A stretch of 64,000 nt of DNA from Antedon mediterranea. Taxonomy: Eukaryota > Animalia > Echinodermata. The stretch covers positions 21,390,001-21,454,000 of the forward strand of contig NC_092674.1 of NCBI RefSeq assembly GCF_964355755.1, read 5' to 3'. Below are positions 51,001 through 64,000 of the stretch, piece by piece. How positions within the stretch are numbered: position 1 is the first letter of the stretch; each line of letters starts with the position of its first letter. The position numbers and the translations under genes were made by a program. The notes under the pieces were generated by a model that ran no database searches, was not told where the DNA came from, and saw only the letters and a list, made by a program, of their open reading frames with translations.

Positions 51001-51053
51001 GAAGTAGTTGTACCAATAAAGATGTTCTTGATCTTCTTGTTACTTCCGATCAT
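48020..51053 (-). pseudogene. Orphan gene copy B, degraded
   Basis: Exon 1 ATG is at 51053. The exon 3 acceptor is deleted (~49405), a HINE is inserted just upstream of the exon 2 acceptor, and the repeat region has a premature stop (48364). Confidence 0.6.
49818..50536 (+). mobile_element. HINE family 1, copy 3
   Basis: Homologous to 28491-29257 and absent at the equivalent site in copy A (~44383). Confidence 0.8.
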
Positions 51054-51424
51054 ATTTCTTAGTATGATATTAAAAATATATCGATAATATTCAAATAATT
51101 TAAGAGCTTTTTTGAAATAAGCTTTCTGTGAGAAATTTCAATCAGAAAATGGCGTCCGTTTGTTCTACGGTTGCCATAGAAATAGAATAAAGGTCACAAT
51201 GCATTATTTACGCGAGCGTAATTTGCGCGTTATTGCTATGGTGATCCTTAGACAATGCCATTGGATTGTATTTTAAACTAAGCAAATGCACGAAAGAAAG
51301 AAGAAACGTTTTAGTTAACGGAGACTAGAATTGCGTTTAACTAGTCACTAGTTAGATAGTCGCATTCTTACAAACCCTTAAAACCTTACCACTGGCGCTC
51401 GTATTTGGTTGTGCTTCAACAATC

Positions 51425-51499
51425 AGGTTCTACGACCGAGACTTCAACTCGGACCACTGGATTCAAAGTCCAGAGTGCTAACCATTACACCATAGAACC
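51425..51499 (-). pseudogene. tRNA-Gln(TTG) pseudogene
   Basis: Has a 3-nt insertion at the T/acceptor junction and a TTC->TTG change in the T loop. Confidence 0.75.
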
Positions 51500-51733
51500 G
51501 ATGATTGACGACCAAAGCAGAAGTAAACAGAATTCGAGACGCGTTACGAAATATGATTTGGTTTACCACTGGCGCTAATTAGTTGTAATTCTTTTGAAAA
51601 AGAACAACATCATATCGCGTTACGAAATATGATTTGGTTTACCACTGGCACTAATTAGTTGTAATTCTTTTGAAAAAGAACAACATCATACTTTATTATA
51701 TTGTTTAAAAAAAGGCATTACCAAGAAAATACA

Positions 51734-51804
51734 AGGTTCTACCGAGACTTGAACTCGGATCGCTGGATTCCAATCCAGAGTGCTAACCATTACACCATAG
51801 AACC
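51734..51804 (-). pseudogene. tRNA-Gln pseudogene with a 6-nt anticodon loop
   Basis: Otherwise identical to 46906-46977, but the loop reads TTGGAA. Confidence 0.75.
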
Positions 51805-53367
51805 GATGATTAACAAAAGGAGAAGTCATAATAACATTTTGACAAAACGCATTATGAAATAGGCTTTCATGTTTGCTTTTAATTCTTTTGCAAAAAAACA
51901 TTCTTAATTATTTTGTTTAAAAAGGCACTACTTATGAGCATAAATAATTTAATCCAGATTAATATTCACACAGTAAATTTTTTTAGCATCGCTTATATTC
52001 GTCTTAACACAATAAAGTTCCTTATTGAGTATTGCTTTCATTTTTTAGCTTACAGATATTTCAAAGAGAATTTTTCAGAGTACTTCTATTATACTTACAC
52101 CTCACATACGAATTGTATAATCACAAGGCAGAAAAAGACCGCGCGGAGCACGGGTAACTGCCTAGTTAATTTATAAAATTGAGGAGTATTTTGTGTAGAT
52201 ATTAATTAATAGATTATCGGATAACAATTATTCAATCTATAAATAAATCTTCATTTAATCAATTTCTAGGTTATTGTGTATATACGGTATTTATATAACG
52301 TAATTCCCGTCTCTTATCACGGAAAAGGCAAATTCTTTGTTAACTTTATTTTAAATGGAGAGGGGTTAACGTGTCAAGATAAAGCAACTTCTATTAAACA
52401 TGAGTATATTCTATTTATTTTTATTCGTATCTCAAAAATAGTGTGAATAATAAAAGTAGTATATTAGGCCTAACTTTATCTAAAAAGTAAAAATAGGGAT
52501 AGCCAATTTGACACCCATCGCCCTCTTTTTCTATAATATTTGTTGTTTATTGTTTTTTCTTAAACAAACATTTTGACGGTTTCTCGGCCGGTCACACTGA
52601 CAATATTTACTTTTATAAAATCTTCAAATCAAAAGAAATTATGAAATAATAAATGTTGGCTCTAGTTACAAGAAATGACGTTAAATAGCCATCAATAACC
52701 AGGATATGATCAGAATTGTTCCACCCCAAGGAGTCAGGCGAACAAGAGACGAATCCCCGGTTAATCCTTGGTAATAACACGTGCCACAGAATATCATCAT
52801 TCCAATAGCCATCAGTGATCCGGCCTATGAAGGAAAATTTGAGAATAAAGTGAGATACAACGTTTACTTATATACCTTTTACACCGCCGAGCTTATAACA
52901 AACCTGTGTCATGTCTGGCGGTGTAAAAGGGGTATAACTCTGTTGTTTTATACCACATGTTTTCCAGCGAAACTCATTGTAACATATAAAATGAATTAAA
53001 TTAATTTATATAGGTCCGTGATCCAACATCAATTTGCCGACTGCCAAGATGAGACATGATGACGTCAAATACGTACGTTACTGTCTTTTACAAGAGGAAC
53101 TTGTCATATGTATTTGTTGTTCATTCTTTTACGATCCAACTAAACTAAAAAATGTCCATGTTATAATTACGACCATATAATATTGACTACTTGAATATGT
53201 TTCCATGTTTTATTCTCGAAAATCATAAAACCATAGGGCCTAATAAGATTCTCTATTGAAAGCCAGATCAAAAACATCATTCTTGATGGATATTTAAAAA
53301 AGTTGGTTTTGGCCAGCATCTGGGATGAAATGTTATATTATTTGACATACACGAAAATTAATAAATA

Positions 53368-53831
53368 CCGTAAATCTTTTTTGTAGTTTTGTAGCCCTGG
53401 GTTATTATTCTTTGATTGTTTTTTTTAGGGTGGGTTACTACTAAAGGGGGGTTAGAGTAGTGGGTTACTATTACTAATCTTAAATTAGGCACCTGAAAAT
53501 AGTAACCCACACCAACTTTTCCGGTCAGCAACTCATAGCAAAATAATAAAACAGTACGAATAATTTGGTTGAACTCTACCTTTTTATTTTATAAACTCAA
53601 AAACACTCAATCCTCCCCACTCCCAAGATCAACATTGTATTATCTCCTTATTTTCAAAATACGGCTGCATCATAAGTTTTTGTGACACTCCCAGTAACTC
53701 CCATGGGGAACTATTAGAGTAGTGGGTTATTATTATAGATTGACTTATAAGGTGGGTTACTATTAGAGTGTGGGTTACTATTAGAAGGGGGTTTACTATT
53801 AGGGTATGGGTTACTATTAAAAGATTTACGT
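53368..53831. mobile_element. Tc1/pogo-type MITE
   Basis: TA|CCGTAAATCTTTT ... AAAAGATTTACGT|TA, with internal GTGGGTTACTATTA repeats. Confidence 0.6.
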
Positions 53832-55144
53832 TACATTCAATCGACAGTCCGTGATCATGAGGTTACGCTCATTCGCGTCTGATCGCAACGTCCCAACGTG
53901 TGGGGGGGGGGGGGGATATATTTATATATAATTTTTACTTACCAAGATTGGTCTATTGCAGAGGGGCATTGCTAACAGTGCGAAAGTGTGATAGAAATGA
54001 TATCGACTTGCAGTTTCAAATACCTATGAATTGCAAAAAAAGGATCCGATTAAGGAATCGAATGTCATCAACTCGCATTTATGACATTTAAAAAACCACA
54101 AATCCGCCAGTAGGCCTAAAAGTTTCAGTAGCCTACACAAGCATTATAAAATATTCTTGTCCAAGTAGGACAAACATTGTAAAATCTGTTAGGCCCTATA
54201 CAAATAATAATAGGCCTACAAAGCCGACAATTATGCCTAAAAAAATGTGAACTAAATTTGAATAGGCATAGGCCTAATTAAACCCAAAAAAAACAATCTA
54301 TAGTGACATTAAAATGGCACGTAAAAAGATGTTAAAACATTATTTCAATATTTAATTTAAAAAATATCTAAGTTTGCATACTTGTTTATTATGTTCATTT
54401 CCATCTTTATTCTTTAGTACTGTGAAAAAAAGAAGAATTTAAAGTTGCGTCAGCAGGTCTAAATTACAAAATATGACATATTAGTTTGAGAAGAGCCACG
54501 CTATGACAATGTATATTGTATTGATGCTATCATATCTCTATCACTATATTAAGCTGTAGCACATTCATGAACAGTAAGGGGTTAAGTGGATAGGCCCTAT
54601 ATACTTGTTTTTGTAGAGTCAGAGCAGCACTTAGTCGGTCATTAATAATGAAAATGAGCCGTTTATTAGTTAGTTACACTGTAGGACTATGCCCTACGAC
54701 GAGAACTACAGCACATGGGTAAATAAGCGTAAAGATTAAAGAATGTGTCCATACATGGAGGAGGTAAAACTCCATCCATCCATGGTCCATCTACAATTAC
54801 ATTGAATTGGCTCATGATAGGACGGTATCTTCCTATCATTTGTTGTAAACGACTAAGACCGGCATGATACAGTTACCTAGATAGGCCTATAAATATACTT
54901 TTAGGCCTACATACCATGTGCTCCGTATGCACCTAAGGTGACAGCAATTGCACCAGAAACACCTGCTAATCTAACAAACAAATGTCCTGGGTGGATAATA
55001 ACCATTTTAAAAATCTCCTCTCGGTCAATTATATCTCAACAAGCTGCTCTTCGATCCGATCCTCTGAGCTGCTGGTACTTTAAAGATCAGGTGATCAAAG
55101 AAATTGTATAGTCACGTGATCATAACAAATACTGTAGTTAAATC

Positions 55145-56808
<1,664 letters not shown>

Positions 56809-58488
56809 TGGGAGAGTGACCCTCATATGGGAGAGTGACACGCATTGCTGCTATAGTGGGAGAGCAGCACTCATTGCTGCCTGCTGAATAGCTATGTTGC
56901 TGTAATGAGAAGAGTGGCACTCATTGGATAGTTTTCTAATGGTTGTCATGGTACTGTATATTAAGAAGATGGCTATTAATCTAAAGAGAGTAAACTGATT
57001 GGACCTCTAATTTGGTCCTGGGGATATTAGTAAACTGGCAGTGGGTCCCTTTAGTGTGTGAATGAATTAACTGCATTTTCCTGGCTTTTATTGGCATTAA
57101 GTACAGTAGGTAAAATATGAACAAAAACAATATTTCTATATTTATTAACATAGACAAAAATCATTACAAAATTTTTCACTTTGAAAGTGATGTGGCTACG
57201 TTAAAATTGACTGTTTTCTTATATCTTAAATATTATTTTGACACTTTGACACATTTAATACTTTTAGTTATATTAAAATCATCGGTAAATTACAACATTT
57301 TTACTTTATAAGTTATTTAAAAACATCAATGACGTTTGCTTATATTTTGAATATTAAAATGTACTCGATTCTATAACACTTAATTTGTGATGGACAACAT
57401 TTTTTTAACAATAATCAATGGTTTATATTGTCAATTAATATTTTGCAAGATAATCTACTCTAAAAGTTATTTTAATACATAAAATTGACAGTTTCTTATA
57501 CTGTATTTTGAATAATAATATAAATCATTCTACAACACTATTTTTATACAATAAAATCGCTGCTTTTTATATTTTGAATGTTAATCAAATGTATTAAATA
57601 TACATTTACTAATCAAATGTATTAAATATACATTTACATATTAAATTATATCTATTTACACTATAAAATGTAATGAAATGTATTATATTGAACTGGCCTA
57701 CAGGTTCAGCTGCAAGTGTTGCCTCTCAGCCTAAATAAAGTTGAAATAAAAAGATATTTGATTATGAGTCACTGAAATAGAATTCAAAATACAGCAGGAA
57801 TACTGTACTCTATCAAAATGTGAATACAGGTATACATGGTTAAAACAGTTTAGACTTGAAATTATGGAATGTGAAGAGTTTTCTATTTTCGCATTTAACA
57901 AACCCGAAACCAGAGTAATTTATGACTTTTAAGGAAATATTGGCAGTCGCTTATTGTACACCATAAATTCATGGCACACCACTCTTGTAATAAATAAAAC
58001 ATTTACTAGCTAGCTAACATTGTCTTTTCTTAGAATTGCCTAGAGGAATGTTTCTAAGTGTAGTACGTTCTCTTGGCAGTACTGTAGCTACCATTTACCT
58101 TAGCCAATTGAACATAATATTTCTTCTTGGTGGCATTCCATACCCTTTGTTCGAAATGAGAGATGGCCGATATGCACTGTGACCAATAAATCAGCTAATT
58201 GAAGAAACAGAAATAGCATTTGGACTGACGATTTTGATTTAGAAGGTTTTCCAAGACGGAAGAAAGAGTTTGGAAAAGATTGTTCGGGATAAAACTGATC
58301 TTTGATCAGGATAAAACTGATCTTTGATCATAAAACATATACAGCAAAACAAGGAGAATATGAGAAATTACAACCAACAATATAAAGTTTCTTAACTAGA
58401 AAAGAAGTTATTTTAGTATGTGTTACCAGTGCTGTAAACTCATAGCCACCTATGCTCAGATATACAGTTGAAGCATAATTATGGCAAT

Positions 58489-61400
58489 TCACTTTTTGAA
58501 ATTGAAATATTTACGATTGAATAGTGTCTTATCCTGAATTTTTTCGAATGCCTCCTTAGCAGCCTGCTGCTCAGCATGCTTTTTTTTTGCTGCTAATTTA
58601 CTTGTGTCAACTTTCAAAGGCACGTTTAGAAACACTATGCAAGAAAATGTCTTTGTCGCGCCATCATTATTGTCTTCAACAACAAACTGAACAGCTTTGT
58701 GCGGAAACACCTCCAGTAACCGTCCCTTTGTGTTTGATTCTGAATAATCTGTAATATCCAATTCAGATAAAACTTCTTTTGCTGCCAGCATCTCTGCTTT
58801 CTTTTTAGTGTTAGAAGTTTCGTTGCTGGTGAACTGAAATCTATAGTTGAATTCTACAACTCCTCTGAAACATTTTGTAGAATTGTGCTTTGTTTCTTCC
58901 ATCTTTGAGTAGTCTGGGATAATACTTGTTTCACCTTGCTTTTGTAAATGTTCTTGTAGTTTGTTCTTGTAAATGGTATCAACCTCCTTTAGGATTGTGA
59001 TTTCTAAATTAAAAGATTAGAAAGCAGAATTATAATCCCCTAAATTTTATCCTCCCCCAACCAAACTACAGTATGTCATGAGAAAAGAGTGAGAACATGA
59101 GTTAATGTCTAGCAAAGGTGGAAAATGTTGAGAATACTGTATTTTTGCGGGAAATGACACGAAATATCGAGAGACTATCATTATCAGGATATTTTTTTAT
59201 CCAAAATATCGGGAGAAATTATATTTTACAGAGAGACCGGGAGATGACATGAAATATCGAGAGTCTCTTGTTGTGCCCAATGATACAAACTTGTGTGGAT
59301 TTCCAACAATTTAACTCAAGATTTCTCATAATTATTTTTTAAATTCTTTATTTCTTTGAATAAAATAAGAAATGGAAAAAAATGGATTGTACCTTGATTT
59401 TCTGGGGCATCTGCTTTTGCTGTCACAGGGTCTGTACTTGATAGAACTGCTTTTAATTCTTTAGGTTTTCCACTAGATGACAATTCTTTGTTACTTTCTG
59501 AACTGAATTTTCCAGGTACTGCTACATTTCTTGTGGTTTCAGAATTGGATGAATCTCTCGGTTTGGACTCTTCCAGTTTTTCATTAGATTGCATTTCTAC
59601 ATTGTCTGGTTTAGTAGTACTAAATTGCACTGGTTCTCCACTTGGTGGTACAGTTGCTCCAGATTTAGTAATGGAATTCTCTAATACTATACCTGCAATC
59701 ATGGAACTTTCTGAACTGAATTTTCCAAGTACTGCTACATTTCTTGTGGTTTTAGAATCCAGTTTTTCATTAGGTTGCATTTCTACATTGTCTGGTTTAG
59801 TAGTACTAAATTGCCCTGGTTCTCCACTTGGTGGTACAGTTGCTCCAGATTTAGTACTGGAATTCTTCAATAATATACCTGCAATCATGGGTTCTGTACA
59901 GACTGCTACAGTTGATGTATGAGCTGAAGAGTATTCATCAGATGTCACAGGTTTTGCAGATATAATACTGGAATTCTCTAATCCCATATTTGCAGGCATG
60001 GATTCAGCAGGAGATTTTATACTGGATGATGGCACAACCAAATCAGATGTCACAGCTTTTTTATCTGATAAAGAAGCTTCTGGCACAGAGCGGGTCGATT
60101 CTATACTTGAAGGGTAATCCTTTTGGATTATTATTTCCTGGATTGCTTTCCATGCAGCATGTTGTTTGGCAGACTTCTTAGAAGTACTAATTTCTCCTTC
60201 AAAAGTATGGGCTCCATTTACAAACTGTATGGTAACAGTAGCAAAGAATCTTTCATTTGCTACCTTTTCATCAGTATAATTCACACTCTTGTAGTAGTTA
60301 CTGTTTTTGTCACAGTATTCTTTGAGACACTGCACAGCGGACTTCCCTGTAAGAAAACACAATACAATATACTGTACATACTAACTTGCTTAATCAAAAT
60401 GAAATGTACAAAACAGCATGCTAGCCAATTAAAATCGGGAAATTGTATTTAAAATTTGTATTTAACAAACATGATACTGGTAGCAGTCATAATTGGATAT
60501 CATTGTGAATTTTCTTTTAATTTATTTGATTATTCAATTTTTTGGCAAAATGAAAATTAGAAATACACAACAATAAAGTAAACAAAATGGCCTTTTTTTT
60601 TACTGTTAAAAGTGAGCTAAATTGAAAAATAATATATAACCAGTATGATTCACTGTACAAGTTAAAAGAATTATATATTATATATATTTGTATATATTTA
60701 TTATAAGTTCTTTATTTTAGATAATTAAATCAATAAAACACTAACTTTACCTTTAAGGAATGTGTCCCTTTCAGAATCATTTGTTTTAGCTGCTGTAGAC
60801 TCTTCTTTTTTAGTGGTTTCTTTTTTGCCTGGTTGGTGAGGCAATGATGTCGAACTAGTATCAGGTAATTCTAAAAAAAGGAAACCAATCAATACTTGGC
60901 ACTCAAAATCACCATTACACAAAAAGATGTTAAAGATCAATTGGGGGCGGGGAAGTATATTTTTCCAACCTCAATACCGTATAGTGAAAAAGGAGCAATT
61001 TGATTAAAATTGATATGCACCAGCACTTTTATAAATCCTAACAGCAGCATACACTTTATCAAGAGTTAATTTCCATGACCTTTCTAACCATTATCATGAT
61101 CATGACTAGTTAATAAAGCAAAAACTTCTTTGCCTTATGTCTCTTCCCATTATTTTAAATGAAATTCAACTTTTCCATTACAGTACAGGCCTGGAAATTA
61201 CTCAAAGTTAAAATTCTAGATTTTCCAATACCCATATGAACCTTGATCTAAATAGCACTTTATGTTCTCCTTTGAAATATGTAACTTACTAAGCCATCCA
61301 AAATGCAGCAATGCTTTCTTAGCTACCTTTTGTTGTGCATCTACTTTTTTCTGAGATGGTTCATCCGTTTCAAATGTTTGTTCATTCACATTCAAAACGC

Positions 61401-63615
61401 AACCATGCCCCCCTAAAAGACAATGATATTTACAAGTAGGAATTTCAACAAAAAAGTTAAATTAATACTTCTCCAAAAATGTTTCAGACAAATATCAAAG
61501 GTACTATATAGATTTTGCACTTCAGGTGCGTAAAGCCGGGTGACAGGACAGGACACACCCATCACCATTGATCATTGATTATGATTGGTCAATTACTTGC
61601 ATTGTGCGCTGTAATAAATTACCATTCCTTACATATACAGTAACATCTAAGTATCTACATGAACATTCTAGAATAAGACACACCTATCATCAAAACGTTT
61701 GATTACGATTGGTCAATTACTTGCTTACTGATATCTTTTTTTTGACAGCCTTTTAATAATATATGTTAGTGCTCTATTGTTTAATTGATAAAAGGGACGC
61801 TAGAAATGCATCATACAGTCTTAAAATGCCACTAACCTTTATGATCATAAACAAATTCTTCATAAACTGGTAGAGGTAATTTATTTTTTATACAATAATC
61901 CTGCAGAAAGTTCTTGTACATTTTTTGCTGACCAGTGTTTCCTAAAAGATTACAAGAAATGATATGCAATATTCCATTATTAATTCATAATAATAAATTT
62001 AACATTTATACTGACATTTTACAAAATTGATAAAAAGCTGATGTAGTCGAATCTACAGTAGGACACAAAGTGTAAACATTTTCATATACCAATCACAAAC
62101 GTCATGTCTTACGCATCTGGAATGAGGCACACACTTTTTGGCTAAAGCTCTCATACCACACACCTCAAGAAGCAAAGTATTTAGAGAGACAGCCCATAAA
62201 CTTGAAAAGAAAAACAGGACAACAGGAGAACCGGAAACTGAACCAAAAACTGGAATGGAGACGTAGAATTTCAGAGTACCAAAAGAGTAAAATATAAAAT
62301 ACAGTATATAAAATATAAATCCAATATAGGATATGATACCCTATATAATACCTTGGCCTTTAGACGATTTCTTTTCAAGATTTTGCAGTCTGCTGTCTAA
62401 TTCACTAACTTGACCTTCGACACCTTGCAGTCGATTCTCAAATATCTCAGTAAGATCATTGTTAAATATATGTTTCAAATCAGGGTTCTGATTGAAAAAC
62501 TCATTAAGGCTTTCCTTCAGGTCTTCTTTATTCTGAATAAATTATAGAGTTTATTATAGCTCTATAAATGTCTTATAAATTATGATTTAATTATGTCATG
62601 GTGACCGCAATTTGGATGTTTCAAAACAGTGAAGTCAGAAAATTAGAAGATGCATTTAATATACAAGATGGCCTGCTGTTTCTGTTTCTATATAGTTCAT
62701 AAAGAACTACAGTTCAATTGGATGTATTTGAATCTGGATTATATTGCGGCAATCTCACCTGAGTGGATAATTGATCTTCTATACTATCAAATTTTTGTTC
62801 CAATGCTTTGAAACGTTGAGAAATAAGATCTATCTCAAGTAGTTCAAATTCACTTGAGGTTGCACTATAAATAAAAAGTAATAGAGTTGACAAATCAACC
62901 ATTATTTTTCGGTTCTTTTACTGGACTGAATGTATGTGTATCTGGTAGTACTGGAACCAGGGAAAGCAGTTTGACATACAGTGATACATGATGGGATGAT
63001 TAAATGCCTGTTTCACACTAGGTTATTATCAATGGTTATCCTATAGAATAAAATATTTACAAATTTCTTTTGGTTTATTAAAGAAAAATGTATGTTCATC
63101 TATTTATCTTAATCGTTAACCTCCTAGTGTGTCGCAGCCTTAAATTTTGGTTTTATATATTTACCCTTTACTGTCAGCTGAATCAACTGCTTCTGAGCAT
63201 ACTTTAAACTCAAACGTATCTAACTGAAAAGTAAATGAAACAATGTTACTTGTATTATTATTATTTATTATTTTACTGTTTTTATATTATGTATTATAGA
63301 TTTTAATATCTCTGAGTTTAGGTACCGTCATTTCCATAGTAGTGTATATAAAGGTGCCAGAAAATTAAAAACTAATATAAAATATTTCACAAATAAATTG
63401 AAGGCAATCTTCATTTGATCAATGATAATAGTTAGTATTTGATACAGTACCTCAGTAACATTCTGCATATTGAGCCGAACTTGTTCGCTGGCGGCATTTG
63501 GTAAATTTACTAATCTATCAAACATTTTCAGAATTGTGTCTAAATACTCCTTCAATTTGTCATGCGATACTTTCATGTCAGTTGAATGCATTATAGAGTT
63601 TCTTACAGAAATGAC
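58489..63615 (-). CDS. 5'-partial gene: CXorf38/DUF4559-like (HEPN-type RNxxxH) segment, coiled coil and four double-stranded RNA-binding domains
   Basis: Nine phase-consistent exons: 63615-63451, 63223-63165, 62864-62759, 62532-62352, 61941-61837, 61412-61290, 60870-60751, 60346-59393 and 59003-58489. Motifs: VRNSIMHSTDMKVS; YKNFLQDYCIKNKLPLPVY..KKVDAQQKVAKKAL; LKEYC..SKKSAKQHAAWKAI; YKNKLQEHLQK..TKKKAEMLAAKEVL; KGRLLE..KKKHAEQQAAKEAF. Confidence 0.85.
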
Positions 63616-64000
63616 CTACAGTAATAAATGAAAAACATGAATTTTTTTTCAATATATATATATATATATATACATACACATGTTATACAGTACAGTATAA
63701 AAAAAAACACAGAACAGATGAGTACAATTTAACAAATGTCATAAAACAATAAAAGAAGATTTATAAAATATCCTCCTAAAAATGTCCTCTCTCTTTTCAA
63801 TTTCTTTAGGATATTATATTAAAGATGTATTGTCCCTTTGACTAATTCCAAAAAAATAAAATATAAAAGATTTCGAAAAAAGATGGGTCATTTTGAAGTA
63901 TCATAATAGTTATTAACTATCACCAAAAATTTTTCAAAAAAAAATAAAAATTTAACTGAAATACAGACGTTTTTTTGTTAAAAAAATAACTTTGACTTCC

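Larger units (their letters stand above)
41470..51940. repeat. Tandem segmental duplication (copy A ~41470-47130, copy B ~47350-51940)
   Basis: Near-identical blocks, e.g. ORFs 43201-43575 vs 48729-49103 and 44146-44370 vs 49582-49803. Each unit ends in tRNA-Gln copies. Confidence 0.92.

Noticed and set aside
51734-51804. tRNA with a reassigned anticodon (Trp/Pro/suppressor)
   Set aside because: The loop is only 6 nt; a damaged Gln copy is the simpler explanation.
55111-55120. GTCACGTGAT E-box/CLEAR-like site upstream of TMEM256
   Set aside because: A single short motif, unsupported without conservation data.
59488-59922. 144-aa plus-strand ORF
   Set aside because: It is antisense to the duplicated linker exon of the dsRBD gene.

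Overview
AT-rich animal genomic DNA, probably a marine invertebrate (inferred from intron-rich genes and the TE repertoire). Hand-spliced host genes: a 19-finger C2H2 zinc-finger gene (-), a profilin with a frameshifted last exon (+), GTF2F2/RAP30 (-, 7 exons), NCBP2/CBP20 (-, 4 exons, with a U12-type intron), TMEM256 (+, 4 exons), a tandemly duplicated orphan multi-exon gene interleaved with tRNA-Gln copies, and a 5'-truncated gene at the right edge. That last gene joins a CXorf38/DUF4559-like segment carrying an HEPN-type RNxxxH motif to a coiled coil and four dsRNA-binding domains, and is the most interesting candidate here. Mobile DNA is abundant and nested: a decayed Polinton/Maverick (adintovirus-like) pPolB, a pogo-like DDE/PHD relic with an S/T-coding minisatellite, a Helitron, Helentron-type HINEs (one carrying four tRNA-Val copies), Kolobok-like, MULE-like and Harbinger-like non-autonomous elements, and CR1, L2 and other LINE fragments. 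All family assignments come from motif recognition by eye; no database searches were run.
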